DNA from: Halichondria panicea
Lineage: Eukaryota
NCBI RefSeq assembly: GCF_963675165.1
Contig: NC_087378.1
Span: 270,562-334,561, forward strand
Direction of reading: 5' to 3'
Length of the DNA stretch: 64,000 nucleotides
Shown here: in pieces, positions 54,442 to 64,000 of the stretch
How the letters are laid out: each line of letters begins with the position of its first letter
Position numbering within the stretch: the stretch's first letter is position 1
Notes under the pieces: model-generated
Seen by the model: the letters and a program-made list of their open reading frames with translations, nothing else
Told to the model about the DNA's origin: nothing
Databases searched by the model: none
Translations under genes and position numbers: made by a program

Positions 54442-57114
54442 ATGAGTAACTGCTCAACAGGTGACTATCTGAGTGATGTGTGTGCGGTGATTGTGAAACA
54501 AGGAGTGGGGAAGGCCAGGGCTGACATACTCTCAAGACAGCTAGTCGCTAATGGAGGAAGGACAAAAGATAGCCTTGATAGTACAGTGACTCACGTCCTA
54601 GTGGGTAACAATGTCCGTTTGTCTCGTGTGCCACACTTGATGAAACTAAAGCAAGTGCCTGACAATGTTCTAGTACTGAGAGCTGATTGGCTGAGTGCTT
54701 GTCTAGTGGAAGGACGAAATATTGGTCACGTTCAGTACATCGTACCCCCGGAGTCCCCCGTCAAGATAAGCCACACCCCCTCTCCCATCAAGCCATCACC
54801 CTCGACTACAGTAACTAAGAATAAAGTGCCAACACCTTCAGAATCTCAATCAGAAATTGTCAAAATAGAACCAGATTCTACCTCCACTCCATTGGACGTA
54901 CCTCATGACCCACCCTCTACACCACCAGACACATCACATGACCCACCCTCTACCTCTAGCATGACCTCCCCCAAGGTAAGGGGGTACTACTTGCTCTCTC
55001 ATGTCCATCACTCTTAGTCCCCCTCACAGGCTGGCATGTTCAGAGTGACTGACCGTCGCTGGAAGGTGCGGCTGGAACCACACAGAGCCAAGGGACGGTG
55101 GGAAGATGCGGACTCTGATAGTGATTACTCAGGGGACGAGATGGAGGAGACAAAGGAGGAGAGAGACAAGGTGAGGCATGCTAGTACATGCTTGAGATGT
55201 GTGGTTTGATAGTAGCAGTTGTGGTCAGGGCATGTCACAGCATGCCAGAGCATTGATCATCATCCCTCACAGCGTGTGGAGTTTGCCAAGCAAGAGGTGG
55301 CTACCTCCTCCCTAGCCTTGATCCCAGGCCGCACTGAAGGCCTTGTGAAGGAGGCTACCTCCTCCCCTGCCAAGAAGAAGGTGTGTGGGTGTGTGAAGAT
55401 GGTGGGTGGTGACGTTTGTGTATTGCAGGGACGGTGGATTTGTGAGATGCCGTCCTCAGAGATCAAGGAAAGAGTCAACCTTAACAAACACATCACTGAC
55501 AAACTGGAGGTACGTGCGCCGTGTCTTGTATGACCTAAACACTCCCTACCCATGCACACAGGATCTGGTGAGTGTGTACCAGAATAGTGGGGACAAGTGG
55601 AGGGCACTGCAGACCAACAAAGCAATCCAGTCCATCAAGAGACAGACCACAGAGATCACCTCCTATGAGGTAGACCAACTAGTAGAGGGAAGAGGAATTC
55701 CTTTTCAATTTGTATTCTGTTTCTCATACAGGAAGCTCGAGACCTGCCGTTTGTTGGTGAGCGGATAGCTAACAAGATTGATGAGATTATCTTCAGTGGT
55801 GGTCTCAGACGATTAGAGCACGTGGACAAGGAGAAGGAGGCGGTCCTCACCACTTTCATGAACATCCACGGTGTAGGGAAAGTCATTGCACACCAGTTCT
55901 ATGCTCAGGTGAGAGCTCCAACTAGTACGTACATCTCCAGGGTTATTGCTTATGCTCTTTGTATGACAAAGAACCAAATTCTGGTACTAACTTAGCCCCC
56001 CTCCTCACTCATGCATTGTCAGGGCTACCGTACTCTTGATGAGCTACGAGACAGTGGAGTGCTCAATAGACAGCAGACGATTGGCCTGAGGCACTTTGAT
56101 GACTTTAACGAGAGGATGACTCGGGATGAGGTGGCTGAGATCGAGGAGAGGGTGAGGGTGGTCTACTAGTAGGCACACTGTCAATACTGTACACACCTCT
56201 ATTGAACATACTGCCCTAACTAAGATCCCGTATCGTGGTTGAGATCACTTAGTTGTAGCTACTGATTTCCCTACAGAGCGCTTGTAGACTCTTAAGTGTT
56301 GTAACAAGTGTTGTCTCTGTGCAGGTAAAGGAGTTGTGTGTGTCCATTGTCCCGGGCATAGAGGTGGTCACATGTGGTTCGTATCGCCGTGGCAAGTCCA
56401 CCTGTGGAGATATTGACCTCCTCATCACTCATCCTGATGGCCGCTCACACAGAGGAGTGTTTGAACAGCTGCTAATACAGGGGAGGGAGGTGGGGTTCTT
56501 CACAGATGACCTCTCTGTACATAATGACCCCGGGGGACAGTGCAAGTACCTGGGGGTGTGTCAACTCGGGCCAAATAGGAAGGTAGATGATCCTTATTAT
56601 GCTCAGACCCTATACCCTAGTACCCCCTCCCCTCTCCTCACATAGTATCGTCGTATAGACATCATCCTGGTACCATACAACGAGTTCCCCCTGGCTCTGC
56701 TCCACTTCACTGGTTCAGGCCACTTCAACAGATCCATGAGGAATAAGGCCGATAAGATGGTGGGTCCATACCCTAACCAGTCATGTCATTGTTTATTGCC
56801 TCCTCCTATAGGGAATGTCCCTCTCAGAGCACGCCCTGTGTACTGGAGTCATCAGAAAGGTATTGCTCTACACCACATTGTCTGTGCACGCACGTACAGT
56901 GTACATATATGTTCAACCTTATAATTATAGTTACCACTACTTTACAGTAGCTTATTATGTCGAGTATACACACAGTATTCACTTCTTTCTACCCCCTGTG
57001 CAGAATGGGGCTAAGATATTTGATGGTACCCCCCTCCCTGTGACCTGTGAGAAGGATGTGTTTGACTACCTCAACACAGAGTACAGAGTAGCCACTGAGA
57101 GAGACCACCCATAA
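54442..57114 (+). CDS. POLL: DNA polymerase lambda (family X), with a BRCT domain, a Ser/Pro-rich linker, an 8-kDa lyase domain and the polymerase domain. ~10 exons. The start is assigned to ATG 54442 (the track ORF begins at a TTG).
   Basis: BRCT region [36 protein letters not shown]...HVLVGNNV...[19 protein letters not shown]. Then HITDKLE|[36 protein letters not shown]|[59 protein letters not shown]|[43 protein letters not shown]|[52 protein letters not shown]...[11 protein letters not shown]|[38 protein letters not shown]|[16 protein letters not shown]|[36 protein letters not shown]. Colinear with human POLL, including the catalytic Asp triad context. Confidence 0.85.
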
Positions 57115-57429
57115 GCTAGAACTAGTGAGTAGTGCAAATCATTCTTGAACATAAACAACACTCTGGAGTTATAATTTTGATCACATGCTTTGTTGCTCAA
57201 ATATTCATGTTTTATTTCGGTTTGTTCAAACAACTATTGTCCAGTAGCATTGTCTAGAGATATTACAGCTGCAGTTGATAATGCTTGTGTCATCACTTTC
57301 TCTTTACTTGCTAGCGTTAATCACAGCCATATTCGACAATGAATGCAATATTGACAAATGGTTTTAATGTCAGTACAGCATTTTAGACGGCAAAAATCAT
57401 CAATTCTCATTAGCAACCCTTAGCCGAAC

Positions 57430-59612
57430 ATGGGTATTAACCTAAGTCAAAGCAAGCAAACAGGTAAGTGTCCCCTATATACTAAGTGTTGGTACCTGGT
57501 GCTGCATGATCTCACTCTCCAAGGCTTCATTGACGAGAGTGGAGAATACAACCAGGAGTGTTGGCATGAGTGGGTGCTGTATCACAAATCCAAGTCACTA
57601 CCTGCCTCGTTGGATCGTGGGTCAAGTACTCTCAATGAATTTGAAAGGCTATCTAGCAAATCTGAGCCGCCTACAATAAAACGTAAGAAAGCTCCAACTT
57701 TTACAATTGGTCCTGCTACCAACAACTCGCCAGAAAGTGACTCCGACAAAGAGTTAGAACCACACATTCTTAATGGTGAGATTCTCCGCATTTTTTTGCA
57801 TGATTATTCTAAGTATACACCATTTTTGCAGGCGTATACTGCATACAGAAACCAGATGTGATTGATATTACATCAGCAGGGGCAATGTATCCAACAGTTA
57901 AAGATCAAAAAACAGCCTTTGGTGTCAATTTTGAGGTTCCCAAAGGAGCTGTTCCGACCGATGCTGCTACATCGTTAGAAGTGGCTGTTTGTCTCAGTAT
58001 CGGTTCGAGCCAATACCCAGAGGACACCACTCCCATCTCCCCCATCCTCCAGCTACATCCCAAAGAAAACTTCAAGCTCCTGCAGCCGATCACTGTCACC
58101 ATGCCACACATACTCTCTGAGCCCTCTGATATAGGAGTCATGAAAGCTGTGACCACGGAGGACCGGTTTGAGAAAATCGATACAGAAATTACTCTTGGGA
58201 ATAAAGATGGACATGGAACAGCTACTTTCCGTTTGGAGCACTTCTGCTACATACAGCTGTACACTAAACTAACACCCGATACAACAAAAACAATTCGCTA
58301 TTGTATTTTTCCAGTTCTACCCAGGAAGGTTCCCTTTGATGGGTCGTTTATGCTGTACTTCTGCATAAGTTATCATATGAAAGAATGTCGTGAGGTAAGT
58401 ACACTCTAATTATGTATACTGACTCCTTGAGCTAGTGTTTCTGTACGTACAGGCAATTGAAGATCAGTGTAAGAATATAGCAAAGCTCAAGGAGCATGGC
58501 CATGAACTTGTAGAGGACAAGCTTCAACCGTTTTTGTTCAAGCCTGAAGCCAATAGCATCAGTGCTACCTGTACTAGACCCAAACAGAAATCAGGTTGGG
58601 AGTGGAGAAATCTCAACGGAGAAAGAGGAGTGAGTTTAGTATATTATACAAGTCATGTGCTTTTATTGTTACATAATTATGCTAGTGTACAATGAAGTTG
58701 ATTGTACATGTATGCTTCCCCAGATTGTAACAGAATCAGTCAAACCATGGAGCATGGACCCTGCTAATCTGAAGGATGAAGCTAACAGATTTCTCTATCC
58801 CCCCAGCTTTAAGGTAGAGGTACGGGGCTCCGGAAACAGAACAAGTCAAGATGAAATCGTTATGAATTTCTCTGGAAATACCGAGACACCTCTTCCAGAT
58901 ATTGGTTTTTACCTACCAGGTAGTATAGGGTGTGTCATGACTGACATTGATGCTTTGATTGCCTTAGGGAATAATGCTGCCTTGAATCTAGGAGACCATG
59001 ACAAATCGCATCTGTCGTTAGGTGGGACAAGTTGCATATGCTCTATTATTGTAATTAGCTCCAATTCATCCAGGTTCAACTGTATACGACTCAGCTACGT
59101 GTACCACACAAGAATCAGTTCTTAGGACTAATTATGAGGACATCATCTCAATGGTTTCACAAGATACGCAGGGTGTTGCTGACAGCCTGTTCTCCAAAAG
59201 GCTTATCGAAACACCAATCCGAGATGACGTGAGGGATGATCGCAGAGGTTCCAACAGAGACAGGGCAAGAAAAATTGTGGACAACATATTTGATAGGATT
59301 AAAGGAAAACATATCAATTACGAGCAATTTCGTACCTTTTTGGACATTCTTGCTTCTCAAAGTCAAGAAAACAGCCAGAAAATAAAAGAAATACTTGGTA
59401 ACTTGTAATTAACGTGCATTTGCTTAATTTTGTGTATCAATACAGATTCGGATAGAGAGAATTTGAGTCCCACGATTGAAACCGACGATCTAGCCAGCTC
59501 TTTAGATTCAGTGTTTGAATTTGAGGCCCCTCCTTCTACATCTGACATTCCCGGGTCCAGTGGTAGCAGTGACAGTGAAGAAACTCATCGTCGTATCACT
59601 CAAGGACAATAA
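57430..59612 (+). CDS. Gene F. It has an MG-start micro-exon (MGINLSQSKQT, 57430-57463), a linker exon, a ZU5 domain and UPA-like region (57830-58396), further exons, and a C-terminal death-fold (DD/CARD-like) domain.
   Basis: ZU5: AFGVNFEVPKGAVPTDAATSLEVAVCLSIGSSQYPEDTTPISPILQLHPKENFKLLQPITVTMPHILSEPSDIGVMKAV. UPA-like: GTATFRLEHFCYIQLYTKLTPDTTKTIRYCIFPVLPRKVPFDGSFMLYFCISYH. Death-fold: SQDTQGVADSLFSKRLIETPIRDDVRDDRRGSNRDRARKIVDNIFDRIKGKHINYEQFRTFLDILASQSQENSQKIKEIL. Stop at 59610-59612. Confidence 0.6.
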
Positions 59613-60216
59613 TTCATAATTATCGTACATGCATGCATAACTTAGCTGTGGAAAAGATAAGGTGTAATTGTAATTCATTGCCTTTAAATTTAAAAGAATG
59701 TGCTGACAATATCTCACAGCTAGATCTAGTTCAATGATTTGTCTGCACTCGTACTCTTCAATGCATCCAATAATTATAATGTGTTATATTCAAATTTCAA
59801 GACAATAATAATTGTAAAATAGCTAGATCTTCATGAATCATGATTTGTAATTGTATACATGTACATGTAGTGTACATCAATGACAGCATTGCAATGAATT
59901 ATAGGCCACCTACAGGGGGGGTTATGGTGGGTTGGCCACGCCCAGCTAGGTTGAGGATCTGCATCATCATGTCTGATCATGTCCACTAGTCACTGTCTGT
60001 GTGTCACCATAGATAATAGAGCAACTCTTTTATCTATGACTACATTCTGTCGAGTATGTACCTGCAGCAGTCAGTCAGTGCACATGAGTTGCGTGTGTGC
60101 ATGCAGAGAATTTCAGATTGGCAAAGTTAGCTATCAAAAACAGACCCATTTCCACGCATGCTTTTTCTTCAAAATTAATTAAAAGGGTCTGAAAGCATGC
60201 AATCATTGCCACCATT

Positions 60217-60602
60217 CAGTAGACATCATCCTGGTACCATACAACGAGTTCCCCCTGGCTCTGCTCCACTTCACTGGTTCGGGCCACTTCAACAGATCCA
60301 TGAGGAATAAGGCTGATAAGATGGTGGGTCCGTACGTACCCTAACCAGTCATGTCATTGTTTATTGCCTCCTATAGTTATAGTTATAGTTACCACTACTT
60401 TACAGTAGCTTATTATGTCGAGTTTACATACAGTATTCACTTCTCTCTACCCCCTGTGCAGAATGGGGCTAAGATATTTGATGGTACCCCCTTCCCTGTG
60501 ACCTGTGAGAAAGATGTGTTCGACTTGATTACCTCAACACAGAATACAGAGTAGCCACTGAGAGAGACCACCCATAAGCTAGAACTAGTGAGTAGTGCAA
60601 AA
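60217..60602 (+). pseudogene. Duplicated fragment of the Pol lambda 3' end. It copies the last two coding exons and 3' flank of 56653-57137 at >95% identity, with a ~100-bp internal deletion that removes the [16 protein letters not shown] exon. It lies between genes F and G and is a non-functional pseudo-fragment.
   Basis: Translations [41 protein letters not shown] and [30 protein letters not shown] were read directly. Alignment shows cctcctatag[deleted]tatagttaccac. Confidence 0.75.
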
Positions 60603-60919
60603 CATGTTACTGTAGCTAGTAAATGAACAATCAAAGCTGTTGGTTTTATTTGTGCTCAATCATCATTGCATTGTCTATAGCATAGCTGTTGTAAGAATTA
60701 ATGTATTATTTTGGCCTTCACAATAAGTGTCATTTGAATTCATTGTGGGAACATATTGTTAGCAGGTGTTTACCCTATTCATTTTATGCTCGTCACGTTT
60801 TGCATGACCTCTTAGAATAACTATATTCATGTGCCAGACATCGTATATAGCTAACCAACTAGCTGCTGATCTGTGAGAGTATACAGCTGTGTAGAAACAA
60901 TACTTTTTTGGAAGCCACC

Positions 60920-63648
60920 ATGGCTGAAGGTAACTAAATAAGTATCAACCTGAATTGTGGTTAACTTGTTATCTGAATATATTAGCTGTTTCAACTGTTT
61001 TCTGTTTCCATACACAGGAGGGAAAGGCGAAGAATTGCCAGATTATGGGGAGGATTGGACACACATTGAATCAAGTAACTTTCAGACAATATAATTATGC
61101 ATTACTGATTAATGACGTGTGTTCACTATTTAAATCGTGACACTCTTGTGCAGGTGATGCTGAAAAACTCAAGCTGCTGTTACCTCCAATGAATTATTCT
61201 GTCTTTAACAAGGATGGAGTAAACATAGACTTTGTTGAGCCAGGTAATCATTTACAGTTAATTACTAGCAAATAGGAGACTTATTGATGCATGATAACAC
61301 AGTTGCCAACACTGCGGACACCAACCTTGAAGTCAGTGATGATCCTGCAGCTGCAGGTAAAGCGCATGCATGATAATTATATATATATAGCACTTATTGA
61401 TGATGATAATACAGTTGCTGACTCTGCATTAAGTACAGACACCAGCCTTGAAGTCAGTGATGATCCTACAGATTCAGCCAATCTGTTGTCAACCAGCACT
61501 GATGAGTTAGCTGCATCATTACCATCGAAAGATCTGCCTGCAAGTAATAGTAAGGAGCTTCAAGTACGATTGTTGCATGCATAATTTATGCTAGAATCAT
61601 TTGCAGATCAAACTGAAACAACCAGTACTTTTGATAAAGATGCTAGTAAGGGACCAACTATGCTACTTCAGGGAAATGAAAAACCTACTGAATGCATAAT
61701 TCAAGGTCACGAGGACTGTACAGTAACCACTCAAGGTACTCTATTGTAACTAACTGATTGGTTGCGTTGATACATCCATACAGATTATGTGCAACCGCCC
61801 ACTCTATTTGAGGTGTCTTCTGAAGGAGGAACATGTTCTCTCAAGGATCTGAATGTTACCATCAAAATTCCACAAGGAGCTGTTCCGCCTGGTGTTAAGG
61901 CATATTTTCGAGTAGCAGTGTGTCTTGGCAGTGGACAGAGTGTGTATCCAGCGGGCGCAATCCCCATCTCCGCAGTCTTTTTGCTACAAATGACAAACGG
62001 AGTTGAGCTCCAGGAACCTGTCAGAATTTCTCTGCCGCACTTTCTGTCGGACCCTGCTAAAGTTGGTGAAATGGGTGTTATGAAAGCTCCACACGACGAG
62101 TCTGGTCCCCCAAAGTTTATTGAACAGCCTTGTAAAGTTACACCTGTAGATGGGCACGAAATAGCCACTTTTTCTATTCAGCACTTCTGTTACTTGCAAT
62201 TGTATACAAAAGCAAAATCTGAAGAGGCTTTGGAATTCAGGTACTGCATTTGTCCGGTTTTGCCTCTCTTTTCAAATATGCCTCTTGGCACACCATTTTT
62301 TATGTATTTCTGCTTGACGTACTTTGATCCAACTTTCTTGATGGTGAGAGTCACTAGCGTGTGTGCTTAGGTATGTATGTATTACATGTGTCTATTCTTC
62401 ACCCCTCAGGCACTTGATTCACAGTGTGAAACAGTTCCCAGATTAAAGAACCATCGTGTTGATAAGGACAGAATAATACAGTTTACTGCATCACACAGTT
62501 TGAGGGTTAGCACTGTCAAATATAAAGTCAATAAACCACAACGCAATAGTGGCTGGCAGTGGGACGTTTCTTACACTGTGAGTATTTTCTTTAACTTCAC
62601 CATTGTATATAGGATTGACACATAACGTCTTTTTTCCAGGCTCTAGATATGCCTCTTCATCCCTCAGAACACACTGATAATGGCTTTAAATATTTGTTCA
62701 ACTCATTCCTCTATCCTCCAAGTTACAAATTGGAGGTCTGTGGCTCTGGGAGCAAAACAAATACAGATATGGTTGTAGTAACCTTCCGAGACTGTTCAGG
62801 AAAGAAAATTGAAATAGCGGTGCCGCTACCATCTTATACCCCTGGTAAGTGTACACAGATTGTTACTAATAAACGTTATGATATTTGATTGACTTTACCT
62901 CAGGCCCCAAAGAGCCGGAAAAGCTTTCTCCTGAGTACATAGTGTTCAAACTATGCTCAACAAAGCTAATACAGATAATAAAAATAGTCGCGGTTACCTT
63001 TGGTGATGCTCTTTGGTCAGCGGACTTGATACCGAGTGATGTGTTGGACTGCACGCGGGAGATGACACACGCTGTAGAGAAAGCTCAGAAGCTAGTGTAT
63101 ACCATAAGAGACTCTATTGAGCATAGGCCGAGCAAGTATCATGACTTTGTTAAAGTTCTGAAAGACAATAACGAATCATGGGCGATCAATGCCCTCAGCA
63201 CACTGGATAAATGCTACAGTGACCTCAAAGGGAAATATATTTCAGAAGTACTAGAACACCACAGAACAACTCTTATAGTGGAAATTAATCCCATATTGGG
63301 CAGAGTAATCAATCGTCTCTGGAGATTGTGTATTGTTCGAGTTCCTGACTCTAGGAAGTCGGCCCAAGATGTCATAACTATCTTAGGCGATGAGCTGAAA
63401 TGTAAACCATGGCTGTTTAAAAATGCATGCATTGCTCTCGGCATTGGAGGCCTGAAAAAGGACACTATTAAAACCATTCAAGGTATGTCAGTGAGTATGT
63501 GATGAGTGTTCACAATGTCATATCATGCAGTTACGGTGTGTAAGCGCTTCCCTAAAGCTTTGAAGGAGACACAAGTGCTTGATGGGAGTGGTGGTAGAAG
63601 AGAGCTGATGGTAGAGAACACTCCTAAGAGAACCCTGACTATGCCGTG
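60920..63648 (+). CDS. Gene G, a paralogue of gene F. It starts with a Kozak ATG (gccaccATGG), followed by small acidic/Ser-rich exons, a ZU5 + UPA exon (61783-62345), two middle exons, and a large exon (62905-63480) with tandem death-fold domains, then a short terminal exon.
   Basis: ZU5: TLFEVSSEGGTCSLKDLNVTIKIPQGAVPPGVKAYFRVAVCLGSGQSVYPAGAIPISAVFLLQMTNGVELQEPVRISLPHFLSDPAKVGEMGVMKAP. UPA: HEIATFSIQHFCYLQLYTKAKSEEALEFRYCICPVLP...FFMYFCLTYF. Death-folds: IQIIKIVAVTFGDALWSADLIPSDVLDCTREMTHAVEKAQKLVYTIRDSIEHRPSKYHDFVKVLKDNNESWAINALSTL and ILGRVINRLWRLCIVRVPDSRKSAQDVITILGDELKCKPWLFKNACIALG. Exon order parallels gene F (..SGWEWRNLNGERG / ..SGWQWDVSYT; ..FLYPPSFKVEVRGSGNRT / ..FLYPPSYKLEVCGSGSKT). 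Confidence 0.55.
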
Positions 63649-64000
63649 AACAATGGTGGAACAAACACATAATGTTTATAATTAATTTGCGCATATGTCA
63701 TAATTTTTGTTCTTTGTTGTGCCATTAAGTCTGTACATTTGTAACAGATGTAAGAATTTATTATGAATATAACGGGCATCATGTGATCATGAATATGATT
63801 AACACTGACAACCAGATATTGTACGTATTGTTATATCCCAATGCACATTATCCCCACTTTTCATTGGCTAACTATAACCACCAACATTACATAATTTGTA
63901 TCCTCAAGCATAATTATAATTCCCTGGGAATATATGCAAGAATATAAAATTAGTAATTATGGTGACATCATATCATTAACTGCATACAATGGATAAGGAA

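Noticed and set aside
54403-55017. Track ORF start at 54403 for Pol lambda (MVVKKL...).
   Set aside because: Codon 54403-54405 is TTG, so the track evidently allows non-ATG starts. The first in-frame ATG is 54442 (MSNCSTGDY...). An upstream 5' exon cannot be excluded.

Overview
This window is eukaryotic (metazoan) nuclear DNA, not prokaryotic: it has GT-AG introns of about 60-70 bp, abundant (TG)n and (AC)n microsatellites, MITE-like insertions, and multi-exon orthologues of SMC3, MVP, PDCD4, DNA polymerase lambda and an FAHD-family hydrolase. The gene content (MVP, Calx-beta arrays, an expanded death-fold/ANK/ZU5 set, short introns) suggests a non-bilaterian or other marine invertebrate such as a sponge or cnidarian, but that is inference only. 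The window contains the following. (1) 182-11387, minus strand: a large gene encoding a secreted NIDO / EGF / SMB-like / Calx-beta protein. Its Calx-beta part is a head-to-tail array of at least 15 near-identical units of about 405 bp, each unit being one Calx-beta exon of about 339 bp plus an intron of about 66 bp. (2) 12038-27471, minus strand: SMC3. An intron of about 7.8 kb (17396-25222) hosts, in antisense, a duplicated intronless gene for an unrecognised Cys-rich protein with about 10 transmembrane segments. One copy is intact and one is a pseudogene, and they are separated by a 1.25 kb palindrome, a 27-bp minisatellite and MITEs. (3) A compact housekeeping block: FAHD-like (minus strand), divergent from MVP (plus), followed by PDCD4 (plus). 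(4) 38-64 kb: a cluster of death-fold signalling genes (DD/CARD-like plus ankyrin-repeat genes, and two ZU5-UPA-death-domain paralogues) flanking DNA polymerase lambda, with a duplicated Pol lambda 3' pseudo-fragment, TIR transposon insertions, and a recurrent MGxxxS (N-myristoylation-like) first micro-exon. The six-frame ORF track appears to use non-ATG starts, so its start coordinates are unreliable. All coordinates were derived by manual splice-site reading and are approximate, roughly +/- a few nt.
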